From a bacterium (GTDB lineage Bacteria; Bacillota; Clostridia; Lachnospirales; Lachnospiraceae): 64,000 nt of DNA. Location of the stretch: the NCBI GenBank assembly GCA_030524485.1, contig JAUNGR010000002.1, positions 2,820-66,819 on the forward strand. The letters run 5' to 3'. The position numbers were made by a program, and so were the translations under genes. A model generated the notes under the pieces. It worked only from the letters and a program-made list of their open reading frames with translations. It searched no databases and was not told the origin of the DNA. Of this stretch, positions 33,508 through 43,721 are shown in pieces. Position 1 is the stretch's first letter. Each line of letters opens with the position of its first letter.

Positions 33508-33536
33508 ATTATATCATTCATTTGGTAAAAGTGCAA
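33508..33536 (-). promoter_or_regulatory. Strong sigma-A promoter for the 32819-33331 gene
   Basis: On the - strand: TTGCAC, 17 nt, TGaTATAAT. Confidence 0.65.
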
Positions 33537-33579
33537 CGAAAAATCACGGGGAAAACGGAAAAAAATAGAAAAAATATGC

Positions 33580-33608
33580 TTGACTTATTGACATAAGCAT
33601 GATACTCT
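33580..33608 (+). promoter_or_regulatory. Candidate rpoB promoter
   Basis: TTGACT, 17 nt, TACTCT. The -10 is weak. Confidence 0.3.
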
Positions 33609-33714
33609 AAAGAGTGCATTATTGTGCTTGAATATGCAAGTGGTATTCGTATGCCCAAAAATGCATTGCAGCAAATATTAGGAAACAGAACAAGAAAACA
33701 GGGGTGAAACGTCA

Positions 33715-36700
33715 ATGGATAAAAGCAGAATGCGTCCGGTAGAAGCCGGTAAAGGCGTGAGAATGAGCTTCTCTAGACAGAAGGAAGTCCTTGAGATGCC
33801 AAACTTAATCGAGATTCAAAAGGACTCCTACCAGTGGTTCTTAAAAGAGGGACTCCGAGAAGTTTTTGAAGACATTTCTCCGATTGCAGATTTCGCAGGT
33901 CACTTGAGTCTTGAGTTTGTAGATTTCAAATTGTGCAACGAAGTAGGCAAAGATGGAATCAAATATACCATCGAAGAATGCAAGGAGAGGGATGCTACTT
34001 ATGCCGCACCTTTAAAAGTAAAGGTAAGACTTTACAATAAGGATAAAGAAAACGAAGAAATCAACGAGCATGAGATTTTCATGGGAGACCTGCCGTTAAT
34101 GACAGATACGGGTTCTTTCGTAATTAATGGTGCGGAACGTGTTATTGTCAGCCAGTTAGTACGTTCCCCTGGTATTTACTATGGCATTGGACATGACAAG
34201 GTTGGTAAAGAACTCTACACCTGTACGGTGATTCCAAACCGAGGTGCATGGTTGGAGTACGAGACAGATTCCAACGATATTTTCTATGTCCGTGTGGATA
34301 GAACAAGAAAGGTACCGGTCACTGTGCTGATTCGTGCTCTGGGCGTTGGTACCAATGCAGAAATCTTAGAGTTGTTTGGCGATGAGCCAAAGCTTCATGC
34401 AAGCTTTGGAAAGGATGTTTCCAACAACTATCAGGATGGTCTGTTAGAGCTTTATAAAAAGATTCGTCCGGGTGAGCCTCTGTCCGTGGACAGTGCAGAG
34501 AGCCTGCTGAACAGCATGTTCTTTGACCCAAGAAGATACGACTTGGCGAAGGTCGGACGTTACAAATTCAATAAAAAACTGAACTTTAGAAATCGTATTG
34601 CCGGTCATACTCTTGCGGAGAATGTGGTAGACCCGACCACAGGAGAGCTGTTGTTTGAGGCAGGTGCTGTGCTCTCAAAGGAGCAGGCAGAGGAAATCCA
34701 GAATGCTGCCGTTCCCTTTGTTTGGATTCAGGGCGAGGAGAAGAAACAGAAGGTTCTGTCCAACATGATGGTGAAATTAAGCTGTTATGTGCCAGGGATG
34801 GGGGAAGATGACATCGGTTCCGATGAAGTCTTCTGGCCAGTGCTTGAGAATATCTTAGCGAAGGGACTTTCCGATGAGGAGTTGAGACAGGAAATCAAAC
34901 GAAATGTCCATGAGTTGGTTCCGAAGCACATCACCAAGGAAGATATCTTGGCTTCCATCAACTACAACATGCATCTGGAGGCCAAAGTCGGTACGAAGGA
35001 CGACATCGACCATCTGGGCAACCGCCGCATCCGTGCAGTCGGAGAGCTGTTGCAGAACCAGTACCGTGTTGGTCTGGCTCGTATGGAGAGAGTGGTGAGA
35101 GAGAGAATGTCCACACAGGATATGGAAGGTGTTTCTCCGCAGTCTCTGATTAACATCAAGCCTGTTACCGCAGCGGTGAAGGAGTTCTTCGGAAGTTCCC
35201 AGCTGTCTCAGTTCATGGATCAGAACAACCCTCTGGCAGAGCTGACACACAAGAGACGTTTGTCCGCGTTGGGACCGGGTGGTCTGTCAAGAGACCGTGC
35301 CGGATTTGAGGTGCGAGACGTACATTATACCCATTATGGACGTATGTGTCCGATTGAGACCCCAGAGGGTCCAAACATCGGTCTTATCAACTCTCTTGCA
35401 ACCTACGCAAGGGTGAATAAATATGGATTTGTGGAAGCTCCTTACCGTAAGGTGGATAAGAGTGACCCGACAAATCCAGTGGTCACAGGAGAGGTTATCT
35501 ATCTGACTGCAGATGAGGAAGATAACTATATAGTGGCACAGGCGAATACCCCTCTGGACGAAGAGGGACACTTCATCAATAACAATGTGTCCGGTCGTTG
35601 TCGTGAGGAGACTTCTGAGTTCCAGAAGAGAGCCATTGATTTGATGGACGTATCTCCGAAGATGGTATTCTCCGTGGCAACCTCCATGATTCCTTTCTTG
35701 GAGAATGACGATGCGAACCGAGCTTTGATGGGTTCCAACATGCAGCGTCAGGCTGTGCCGTTGATTTCCACAGAGGCACCGGTAGTGGGTACCGGTATTG
35801 AGGGAAAGGCAGCGGTGGATTCCGGTGTCTGCGTGGTTGCCAAAAACGCAGGTGTCGTGGAGCGTTCCGCTTCCAATGAGATTATTATAAGAAGAGATTC
35901 GGATGGCAATAGGGATACCTATCATCTGATTAAATTCTCCCGCAGCAACCAGTCCAACTGTTACAACCAGAAGCCGATTGTGTTTAAGGGAGACCATGTC
36001 GAGGTTGGAGAGGTCATTGCAGATGGTCCTTCCACTTCCAATGGAGAGATTGCTCTTGGTAAGAATCCTCTGATTGGCTTTATGACATGGGAAGGCTACA
36101 ACTACGAGGATGCCGTTCTTCTGAGCGAGAGATTGGTTCAAGACGATGTGTACACGTCTGTGCATATTGAGAAATATGAGGCAGAGGCCCGTGACACAAA
36201 GCTAGGACCGGAGGAGATCACCAGAGACGTTCCGGGTGTCGGCGACGATGCTCTGAAGGATCTGGATGAGAGAGGCATCATCCGCATCGGTGCGGAGGTT
36301 CGTGCGGGAGACATTCTGGTCGGAAAGGTAACTCCAAAGGGAGAGACGGAACTGACAGCGGAGGAGAGACTGCTGCGTGCCATCTTCGGTGAGAAGGCAA
36401 GAGAGGTGAGAGACACCTCCTTAAAGGTACCGCATGGTGCTTACGGCATCATTGTGGATGCGAAGGTCTTCACCAGAGAGAATGGCGATGAGCTGCCTCC
36501 GGGAGTGAATGAGACCGTTCGCATCTACATTGCACAGAAGAGAAAGATTTCGGTTGGTGACAAGATGGCTGGTCGTCATGGAAACAAGGGTGTGGTTTCC
36601 CGTGTTCTTCCCGTTGAGGATATGCCTTTCCTGCCGAATGGCCGTCCGTTGGATATCGTGTTGAATCCTCTGGGTGTGCCGTCTCGTATGAACATCGGAC

Positions 36701-37608
36701 AGGTGTTGGAGATTCACTTAAGCCTTGCCGCAAAGGCACTGGGCTTCAATGTGTCCACTCCGGTTTTCGATGGTGCAAACGAGATTGACATTATGGATAC
36801 CTTGGATGTCGCAAACGATTATGTGAATACTTCTTGGGAAGATTTCCAAGAGAAATATAAAGACACTCTCAAACCAGAAGTGATGGATTATTTGGGAAGC
36901 CATCTGGAGCACAGAGAGCTTTGGAAGGGCGTTCCGATCAGCCGTGATGGTAAGGTGAGACTGCGTGACGGACGTACCGGCGAATATTTTGACAGCCGTG
37001 TTACCATCGGTCACATGCATTATCTGAAGCTGCACCATCTGGTTGACGATAAAATCCATGCACGTTCCACAGGTCCTTACTCCCTCGTAACCCAGCAGCC
37101 TCTGGGCGGTAAAGCACAGTTCGGCGGCCAGCGTTTCGGAGAGATGGAGGTTTGGGCACTGGAGGCTTATGGTGCATCTTACACCCTGCAGGAGATTCTG
37201 ACTGTGAAGTCGGATGACGTTGTGGGTCGTGTGAAGACCTATGAGGCCATCATCAAGGGCGAAAACATTCCTGAGCCGGGAGTTCCGGAGTCCTTTAAGG
37301 TACTCTTGAAGGAGCTGCAGTCTCTGGGTCTGGATGTCAGAGTTCTGAGAGATGACGGCACCGAGGTGGAGATGACCGAAAATATTGACTACGGCGATGC
37401 GGATCTTCGTGCCATCATTGAGGACGAGGACAAGGCATATGTTCGTGGGGAAGAGAATCTGGAGAGCTACGGCTATCAGAAACAGGAGTTTAAAGAGGGC
37501 GAGTTGGTGACAGCAGAGGATGCCGCTGACAGCAGCTTTGAGTATGACGATTATACGGACGATTTCAGTTACTCCGATGACGAGGACGGCTTTTCAGATA
37601 AAGAATAA
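33715..37608 (+). CDS. rpoB: DNA-directed RNA polymerase beta subunit
   Basis: [20 protein letters not shown]...[15 protein letters not shown]. 1297 aa with an acidic C-terminal tail. Confidence 0.98.
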   Translation: MDKSRMRPVEAGKGVRMSFSRQKEVLEMPNLIEIQKDSYQWFLKEGLREVFEDISPIADFAGHLSLEFVDFKLCNEVGKDGIKYTIEECKERDATYAAPLKVKVRLYNKDKENEEINEHEIFMGDLPLMTDTGSFVINGAERVIVSQLVRSPGIYYGIGHDKVGKELYTCTVIPNRGAWLEYETDSNDIFYVRVDRTRKVPVTVLIRALGVGTNAEILELFGDEPKLHASFGKDVSNNYQDGLLELYKKIRPGEPLSVDSAESLLNSMFFDPRRYDLAKVGRYKFNKKLNFRNRIAGHTLAENVVDPTTGELLFEAGAVLSKEQAEEIQNAAVPFVWIQGEEKKQKVLSNMMVKLSCYVPGMGEDDIGSDEVFWPVLENILAKGLSDEELRQEIKRNVHELVPKHITKEDILASINYNMHLEAKVGTKDDIDHLGNRRIRAVGELLQNQYRVGLARMERVVRERMSTQDMEGVSPQSLINIKPVTAAVKEFFGSSQLSQFMDQNNPLAELTHKRRLSALGPGGLSRDRAGFEVRDVHYTHYGRMCPIETPEGPNIGLINSLATYARVNKYGFVEAPYRKVDKSDPTNPVVTGEVIYLTADEEDNYIVAQANTPLDEEGHFINNNVSGRCREETSEFQKRAIDLMDVSPKMVFSVATSMIPFLENDDANRALMGSNMQRQAVPLISTEAPVVGTGIEGKAAVDSGVCVVAKNAGVVERSASNEIIIRRDSDGNRDTYHLIKFSRSNQSNCYNQKPIVFKGDHVEVGEVIADGPSTSNGEIALGKNPLIGFMTWEGYNYEDAVLLSERLVQDDVYTSVHIEKYEAEARDTKLGPEEITRDVPGVGDDALKDLDERGIIRIGAEVRAGDILVGKVTPKGETELTAEERLLRAIFGEKAREVRDTSLKVPHGAYGIIVDAKVFTRENGDELPPGVNETVRIYIAQKRKISVGDKMAGRHGNKGVVSRVLPVEDMPFLPNGRPLDIVLNPLGVPSRMNIGQVLEIHLSLAAKALGFNVSTPVFDGANEIDIMDTLDVANDYVNTSWEDFQEKYKDTLKPEVMDYLGSHLEHRELWKGVPISRDGKVRLRDGRTGEYFDSRVTIGHMHYLKLHHLVDDKIHARSTGPYSLVTQQPLGGKAQFGGQRFGEMEVWALEAYGASYTLQEILTVKSDDVVGRVKTYEAIIKGENIPEPGVPESFKVLLKELQSLGLDVRVLRDDGTEVEMTENIDYGDADLRAIIEDEDKAYVRGEENLESYGYQKQEFKEGELVTAEDAADSSFEYDDYTDDFSYSDDEDGFSDKE

Positions 37609-37626
37609 TAGAAGGGAGTATCGCTC

Positions 37627-40600
37627 ATGCCTGAGACAAATGAAACTTATCAGCCATTGACATTTGATGCGATTCAGATTGGTCTTGCTTCTCCGGAGAA
37701 GATTACGGAGTGGTCTTATGGGGAAGTAAAGAAACCGGAGACCATCAACTACAGAACCTTAAAGCCTGAGAAGGACGGCTTGTTCTGTGAGAGAATCTTC
37801 GGGCCGAGCAAGGACTGGGAGTGTCATTGCGGAAAATATAAAAAGATTCGTTACAAAGGTGTTATCTGCGACCGCTGTGGTGTGGAAGTCACAAAGTCCA
37901 GCGTCCGCAGAGAGAGAATTGGACGTATCAATCTGGCAGCACCGGTATCCCATATTTGGTACTTTAAGGGGATTCCGAGCCGCATGGGTCTGATTCTGGA
38001 TATTTCTCCGAGAAACTTGGAGAAGGTACTGTACTTTGCTTCCTACATTGTGTTGGATGCAGGCAGTACGGGTCTGATGAAGAAGCAGATTCTTTCGGAG
38101 AAGGAATACCGTGAGGAAGTGGAGAAGAACGGCTATGGCACCTTCCGTGTAGGAATGGGAGCCGAGGCCATTCAGGAGCTGCTGCGTGAGATTGACTTGG
38201 AAAAGGATTCTGAGGAACTCAGAAAAGCATTAAAGAACGCAAACGGACAGAAACGTGCCCGCATTATCAAGCGGTTGGAAGTTGTCGAGGCCTTCCGTGC
38301 CTCCGGCAACAAACCGGAGTGGATGATTATGAATGTCATTCCGGTCATTCCTCCGGACCTGCGCCCGATGGTGCAGTTGGACGGTGGACGTTTTGCAACC
38401 TCCGATTTGAACGACTTATATAGAAGAATCATTAACAGAAACAACCGTCTTGCCCGCTTGCTGGAGTTGGGAGCACCAGATATCATCGTGCGCAACGAGA
38501 AACGTATGCTTCAGGAGGCAGTGGATGCCCTGATTGACAATGGAAGAAGAGGAAGACCTGTGACCGGACCTGGAAACAGAGCTTTGAAGTCTCTTTCCGA
38601 TATGTTAAAGGGTAAGCAGGGACGTTTCCGTCAAAACTTGCTTGGAAAGCGTGTGGATTATTCCGGACGTTCCGTTATCGTTGTGGGACCGGAGCTTAAG
38701 ATTTATCAGTGTGGTCTTCCGAAGGAGATGGCGATTGAGCTGTTTAAACCTTTTGTTATGAAGGAGTTGGTTTCCAACGGAAAGGCAACCAACATCAAAA
38801 ATGCAAAGAAAATGATAGAGAAGCTGCAGTCTGAGGTTTGGGATGTGCTGGAGGATGTTATCAAAGAGCATCCAGTTATGTTAAACCGTGCTCCTACTCT
38901 GCACAGACTGGGAATTCAGGCCTTCGAGCCGATTCTGGTTGAGGGTAAGGCTATCAAGTTGCATCCGCTGGTTTGTACCGCTTTCAATGCGGACTTCGAC
39001 GGTGACCAGATGGCTGTGCATCTTCCGCTTTCCGTGGAAGCACAGGCAGAGTGCCGCTTCCTGCTTCTTTCCCCGAACAACCTTCTGAAGCCATCCGATG
39101 GTGGTCCGGTGGCCGTTCCTTCTCAGGATATGGTCTTGGGTATCTACTATCTGACACAGGAGAGACCGGGAGCAACCGGAGAGGGCATGATTTTCCGCAA
39201 CGTGAACGAGGCTATCTTGGCTTACGAGAACAAGGCAGTGACCTTGCACTCCAGAGTGCGGGTAAAAGTCACAAAGAAGATGCCGGATGGCAGCGTAAAG
39301 AGCGGCATCGTGGAGTCCACAGTGGGTCGTTTCATCTTCAATGAGATTATTCCGCAGGATTTGGGCTTTGTGGACAGAAGCGTTGAGGGCAACGAATTGC
39401 TGCTGGAGGTCGATTTCCATGTCGGCAAGAAGCAGTTGAAGAAGATTTTGGAGAAAGTAATCAATGTGCATGGTGCCATTCAGACGGCAATCACACTGGA
39501 TGACATCAAGGCCATCGGATACAAGTATTCCACAAAGGCAGCGATGACGGTATCCATCTCCGATATGACCGTGCCTGCAAGCAAGCCAAAGCTGATTGCG
39601 GACGCACAGGCAACGGTGGATCGTATCGCAAAGAACTTCCGCCGCGGTTTGATTACGGAGGAAGAGCGTTACAAAGAAGTAATTGAGACTTGGAAAGCGA
39701 CGGATGAGCAGTTGACCCGTGACCTGCTGACCGGTCTTGACCCATACAACAACATCTTCATGATGGCAGACTCTGGTGCCCGTGGTTCCGATAAGCAGAT
39801 CAAGCAGCTTGCCGGTATGCGAGGCTTGATGGCAGATACAACAGGACACACCATCGAACTTCCGATTAAGTCCAACTTCCGTGAAGGTCTGGACGTTTTG
39901 GAGTATTTCATCTCTGCACATGGTGCTCGTAAAGGTCTGTCTGATACCGCTCTGCGTACCGCAGACTCTGGATATCTGACCAGACGTTTGGTTGACGTAT
40001 CTCAGGATTTGATCATCCGTGAGGTGGACTGCTGCGAGGGCAAGGACATTCCATACATGGAAATCAAGGCTTTTGCAGATGGAAAAGAGACCATCGAGAG
40101 CTTGGAGGAGAGACTGACAGGCCGCTACATTGCAGAGACCATTGTGGACCCTGACACCAACGAGGTGGTAATCAAGGCAAACCATATGTGTACTCCGGCA
40201 AAGGCAGCAGCCGTGATGGCAGTGCTTCAGAAGCAGGGAAGAGACTCCGTGAAGATTCGTACCGTATTGACCTGTAAATCTCACATCGGCGTGTGTGCAA
40301 AGTGCTACGGTGCCAACATGGCAACTGGTCAGCCCGTGCAGGTGGGAGAGGCAGTTGGTATCATCGCTGCACAGTCCATCGGTGAGCCAGGTACTCAGCT
40401 TACCATGCGTACTTTCCATACCGGAGGCGTTGCGGGTGGAGATATCACCCAAGGTCTTCCTCGTGTCGAGGAGCTTTTCGAGGCAAGAAGACCGAAGGGA
40501 CTTGCGATTATCACAGAGTTCGGCGGTACAGCCGTTATCAAGGATACCAAGAAGAAGCGTGAGATTATTGTCACCAACAATGAGACAGGTGCATCCAAGA

Positions 40601-41346
40601 CCTATTTGATTCCGTATGGTTCCCGAATTAAGATTGTGGATGGACAGGAGCTGGAGGCTGGCGATGAGCTGACCGAAGGAAGCATCAATCCTCACGACCT
40701 CTTAAAGATTAAGGGCGTTCGTGCGGTTCAGGACTACATGATCAAAGAGGTGCAGCGTGTATACCGTCTTCAGGGTGTAGAAATCAACGATAAGCATATC
40801 GAGATGATTGTGAGACAGATGTTGAAGAAGATTCGCATTGAGGAGAGCGGAGATTCTGATGTTCTTCCGGGCGTATCCATGGATGTTCTGGATTACAATG
40901 AGATGAACGAAAAACTGGAAGAAGAAGGAAAGAGACCGGCAGAGGGCAAGCAGGTTATGCTGGGTATTACCAAGGCTTCTCTGGCAACCGATTCCTTCTT
41001 ATCTGCGGCTTCCTTCCAGGAGACCACAAAGGTCTTGACGGAGGCAGCCATCAATGGCAAGGTAGACCATTTGATTGGTCTGAAGGAAAATGTTATCATT
41101 GGTAAGCTGATTCCAGCTGGTACCGGTATGAAGAGATACCGCAATGTGAAGCTGGACACCGATGTCAACATGGAAGAAGAGCTGCTCTTTGATGAGGAAG
41201 AGAGCGAGCCGGTCGCATTGGACGGAGATTTGGATGAGTATGTAGCCGTTCCGGATGGTGCGGATGAGCCGGAGGACTTGTTCTACGAGCATGACGACGA
41301 GACAGAAACAAAGAACGAGCCAGACCAGAAAGACGAGACAGAGTAA
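37627..41346 (+). CDS. rpoC: DNA-directed RNA polymerase beta' subunit
   Basis: Zn-finger [20 protein letters not shown] and catalytic [12 protein letters not shown]. Confidence 0.98.
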   Translation: MPETNETYQPLTFDAIQIGLASPEKITEWSYGEVKKPETINYRTLKPEKDGLFCERIFGPSKDWECHCGKYKKIRYKGVICDRCGVEVTKSSVRRERIGRINLAAPVSHIWYFKGIPSRMGLILDISPRNLEKVLYFASYIVLDAGSTGLMKKQILSEKEYREEVEKNGYGTFRVGMGAEAIQELLREIDLEKDSEELRKALKNANGQKRARIIKRLEVVEAFRASGNKPEWMIMNVIPVIPPDLRPMVQLDGGRFATSDLNDLYRRIINRNNRLARLLELGAPDIIVRNEKRMLQEAVDALIDNGRRGRPVTGPGNRALKSLSDMLKGKQGRFRQNLLGKRVDYSGRSVIVVGPELKIYQCGLPKEMAIELFKPFVMKELVSNGKATNIKNAKKMIEKLQSEVWDVLEDVIKEHPVMLNRAPTLHRLGIQAFEPILVEGKAIKLHPLVCTAFNADFDGDQMAVHLPLSVEAQAECRFLLLSPNNLLKPSDGGPVAVPSQDMVLGIYYLTQERPGATGEGMIFRNVNEAILAYENKAVTLHSRVRVKVTKKMPDGSVKSGIVESTVGRFIFNEIIPQDLGFVDRSVEGNELLLEVDFHVGKKQLKKILEKVINVHGAIQTAITLDDIKAIGYKYSTKAAMTVSISDMTVPASKPKLIADAQATVDRIAKNFRRGLITEEERYKEVIETWKATDEQLTRDLLTGLDPYNNIFMMADSGARGSDKQIKQLAGMRGLMADTTGHTIELPIKSNFREGLDVLEYFISAHGARKGLSDTALRTADSGYLTRRLVDVSQDLIIREVDCCEGKDIPYMEIKAFADGKETIESLEERLTGRYIAETIVDPDTNEVVIKANHMCTPAKAAAVMAVLQKQGRDSVKIRTVLTCKSHIGVCAKCYGANMATGQPVQVGEAVGIIAAQSIGEPGTQLTMRTFHTGGVAGGDITQGLPRVEELFEARRPKGLAIITEFGGTAVIKDTKKKREIIVTNNETGASKTYLIPYGSRIKIVDGQELEAGDELTEGSINPHDLLKIKGVRAVQDYMIKEVQRVYRLQGVEINDKHIEMIVRQMLKKIRIEESGDSDVLPGVSMDVLDYNEMNEKLEEEGKRPAEGKQVMLGITKASLATDSFLSAASFQETTKVLTEAAINGKVDHLIGLKENVIIGKLIPAGTGMKRYRNVKLDTDVNMEEELLFDEEESEPVALDGDLDEYVAVPDGADEPEDLFYEHDDETETKNEPDQKDETE

Positions 41347-41356
41347 ATTTTCCTAT

Positions 41357-41412
41357 AAGCCGCAGCAAAGAATCGACATGTCACGACATGTGGAATTTGC
41401 TGCGGCTTTTTA
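41357..41412 (+). terminator. rpoBC intrinsic terminator
   Basis: AAGCCGCAGCAAA ... TTTGCTGCGGCTT followed by TTTT. Confidence 0.8.
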
Positions 41413-41479
41413 TAAAATGATATCAGGTTGCCGGGCAGTAGTGATGCCCGTTTGGCAACGACCGAAGCGGAGCGTAGAC

Positions 41480-41530
41480 CACTTTATGCGAAGCAATTCG
41501 GTATCATAGGAGAGTGCGTTCTATGATAGA
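41480..41530 (+). promoter_or_regulatory. Leader motif copy 3 (CACTTTATGCGAAGCAATTCGGTATCATAGG) plus an 8-bp hairpin TATCATAG/CTATGATA
   Basis: Sits 24-74 nt upstream of the CNNM-family gene start. Confidence 0.5.
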
Positions 41531-41553
41531 AAAACAAAAAAGGAGGGACTATT

Positions 41554-42873
41554 TTGGAATCAGGGGATGCGAGTGCGATACGGATTTTGGTGTTGTTGGT
41601 GCTGCTATTTTTATCGGCCTTTTTCTCTTCCTCGGAGACGGCTCTGATGACAGTGAATAAGATTCGGATGAGGAATTTAGCGGAGGACGGAGACAAGGCA
41701 GCCATACGGGTGTTGCAGGTGACGGATGACCCAGCAAAGATGCTGAGTGCAATCTTGATTGGCAATAACATTGTGAATCTAAGCGCTTCCTCCCTCGCAA
41801 CGGTGCTTGCGACGGAGTTATACGGAAAACAGTGGATTGGTCTTGCCACCGGTATTTTGACCTTGTTGATTTTGGTCTTCGGTGAGATCACGCCAAAGAC
41901 GATGGCAACGGTATCCGCCGAGAGGCTATCCTTTACGGCGGCGAAGGTGATTTGGCCTATGATGAATTTATTGACACCTGTGATTTACTTGGTGAATCTC
42001 TTCTCCAAGGGGGTGCTTTTCCTTCTGCGTGTGGATGTCAACAAAAAGCAGGATGCCATCACGGAGGACGAACTTAGAACCATCGTTGAGGTCAGCCACG
42101 AAGAGGGCGTGATTGAGAGCGAAGAGAAGAAGATGATCAACAATGTGTTTGATTTTGGGGACTCGGTGGCTAAGGATGTGATGGTTCCCAGAATCGACAT
42201 GGTGTTTGTGGATGCAGAGGCAAGCTATGAAGAAATGATGGAGCTGGTTCGGGAGGAGAAATACACTCGCTATCCGGTCTTTGAGGAGAGCACGGACAAT
42301 GTGATTGGTATCATAAATGTGAAGGATCTTCTGGTCATGGATGAGGAGATGCGTCAAGACTTCTCAGTCAAGAAGATTTTGAGAGAACCGCTGTACACCT
42401 ATGAATATAAAAAGGTGGTGGAGTTGATGTTAGAGATGCGTAAGGCACAGAATAACATCGTGATCGTGCTGGATGAGTACGGTGCAACGGCGGGACTCAT
42501 CACTCTGGAAGATATGCTGGAGGAGATTGTGGGAGAGATTCGAGACGAGTATGATGAGGATGAGGAAGAAGATTTGGTGGCAGTCTCCGATAAGGAATAT
42601 ATCATAGAAGGTTCCATGAAGTTAGACGACTTGAATGAGGAGCTGAATCTGGATCTGGAGTCCGAAGATTACGATTCCATAGGCGGATTGGTGATTGGGC
42701 TTTTGGACCACCTCCCGACGGAGGGAGAGACGGTGGATTACAAAAATCTGCACATAGCCGTCGAAAAGGTGGACAAGAACCGCATTGATAAGATTCATCT
42801 GTGGATCAAAGACGATGTTCTAGCTGAGGACTCCGCCTACGATGCCGGCACAAATGCAAAGGAGGAAGTTTAG
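41554..42873 (+). CDS. CNNM/CorC-type (hemolysin-family) membrane protein: DUF21, a CBS pair and a CorC_HlyC domain
   Basis: TTG start 6 nt after AGGAGGG. SSSETALMTVNKIRMRNL (DUF21), CBS region VMVPRIDMVFV, C-terminal domain. Confidence 0.88.
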   Translation: MESGDASAIRILVLLVLLFLSAFFSSSETALMTVNKIRMRNLAEDGDKAAIRVLQVTDDPAKMLSAILIGNNIVNLSASSLATVLATELYGKQWIGLATGILTLLILVFGEITPKTMATVSAERLSFTAAKVIWPMMNLLTPVIYLVNLFSKGVLFLLRVDVNKKQDAITEDELRTIVEVSHEEGVIESEEKKMINNVFDFGDSVAKDVMVPRIDMVFVDAEASYEEMMELVREEKYTRYPVFEESTDNVIGIINVKDLLVMDEEMRQDFSVKKILREPLYTYEYKKVVELMLEMRKAQNNIVIVLDEYGATAGLITLEDMLEEIVGEIRDEYDEDEEEDLVAVSDKEYIIEGSMKLDDLNEELNLDLESEDYDSIGGLVIGLLDHLPTEGETVDYKNLHIAVEKVDKNRIDKIHLWIKDDVLAEDSAYDAGTNAKEEV

Positions 42874-43179
42874 GAGTGTCTGGGAAGAGGAACTGGGCAG
42901 CGTGTGGGTGACGGCGAAGGAGGCCAAAAACAGGCAGCCAAAGTAAAGGCAGCCGAGGATGAGTCCCCAGAAAAAACGCCTTTGCCGTATGATTTTTCCG
43001 CTCAGAAAACCTCCCAAAAGACAGCTGATAAGATAGATGGCATGAACTCCAAAAGACACCTGAAATTCGTCAAGCTGCAGTTTGTATAGGGCGAGAGCCA
43101 GAAGCAAAAGCAGGAGAGCGGTGAGCACATAGCTGAACAAGAGAACCTTAAAGAGAGAAACAAAACGGGAATTTCCCAT
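42820..43179 (-). CDS. Small 3-4 TM membrane protein (TIGR04086/YrzE-like by recall)
   Basis: 119 aa. Its 3' end overlaps the convergent CNNM gene by 54 nt. Confidence 0.65.
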   Translation of the reverse strand: MGNSRFVSLFKVLLFSYVLTALLLLLLALALYKLQLDEFQVSFGVHAIYLISCLLGGFLSGKIIRQRRFFWGLILGCLYFGCLFLASFAVTHTLPSSSSQTLLNFLLCICAGIVGGVLS

Positions 43180-43249
43180 AGTCGCAAGACCTTTCTGGAC
43201 GGCTTTGCTTCACTATATTCAGAGGACGTAAAAAAGATGTCTCTAATTC

Positions 43250-43278
43250 TTGCGTGACAGAAAAACATATGTTATAAT
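43250..43278 (+). promoter_or_regulatory. Promoter of the SCIFF operon
   Basis: TTGCGT, 17 nt, TGtTATAAT. Confidence 0.6.
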
Positions 43279-43361
43279 GAAAAGGCTAATTCTTGAGAAA
43301 ATCTGCAAGAAAGAGGCAGAAACAGGAAAAAAGAATGAGAAAGAATTCAGGAGGAACAGAT

Positions 43362-43508
43362 ATGAAGCATGTAAAGACTTTAAGCACAAGTACCTTAAAG
43401 AATTCCATGAAAAAGGGCGGCTGCGGCGAGTGCCAGACTTCCTGTCAGTCCGCATGTAAGACTTCCTGCACAGTGGGAAACCAGAGCTGTGAGAACAGCA
43501 GCCGTTAG
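43362..43508 (+). CDS. scfA: SCIFF (six-cysteine-in-forty-five) ribosomal peptide precursor
   Basis: 48 aa: MKHVKTLSTSTLKNSMKKGGCGECQTSCQSACKTSCTVGNQSCENSSR. RBS AGGAGG 7 nt upstream. Confidence 0.9.
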   Translation: MKHVKTLSTSTLKNSMKKGGCGECQTSCQSACKTSCTVGNQSCENSSR

Positions 43509-43580
43509 TTTACTCTGAAAGCACTGTCAAGCGGCTGTGCAAACTGCATGCAAGGACGCACAGATATTTGACAGGCGAAT
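43509..43580 (+). repeat. Intergenic repeat related to the sequence flanking the MITE at 10.2-10.5 kb; begins with the reverse complement of the ACTTTCAGAGTAA tail
   Basis: TTTACTCTGAAAGCACTGTCAAGCGGCTGTGCAAACTGCATGCAAGG...TTTGACAG, compared with 10211-10257 plus 10454-10487. Confidence 0.5.
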
Positions 43581-43609
43581 AGTCAGTTCCTAATAGGCAG
43601 GCCAAGGAG

Positions 43610-43647
43610 ACCCCTACGGTCACGATGGACGTAGGGGTTCTTATATT
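43610..43647 (+). terminator. Hairpin / weak terminator between the precursor and maturase genes
   Basis: ACCCCTACG ... CGTAGGGGT followed by TCTTATATT. Confidence 0.55.
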
Positions 43648-43721
43648 GCATGGAAAAAGGAAGAGCATTCTGCCAAAGAGATGAAAATGAGGCAGAGAAC
43701 ACACAAAAAAGGAGAATAAAA

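Noticed and set aside
38881-40695. 604-aa ORF antisense to rpoC. Similar long antisense ORFs occur at 58136-59842 (inside fbp), 8616-9857 (inside the muramidase gene), 35287-36165 and 30305-31306.
   Set aside because: The sense strands encode unmistakable conserved proteins. The antisense translations are low-complexity, have no recognisable motifs and lack an RBS. This is the typical stop-codon depletion seen opposite biased coding sequence.
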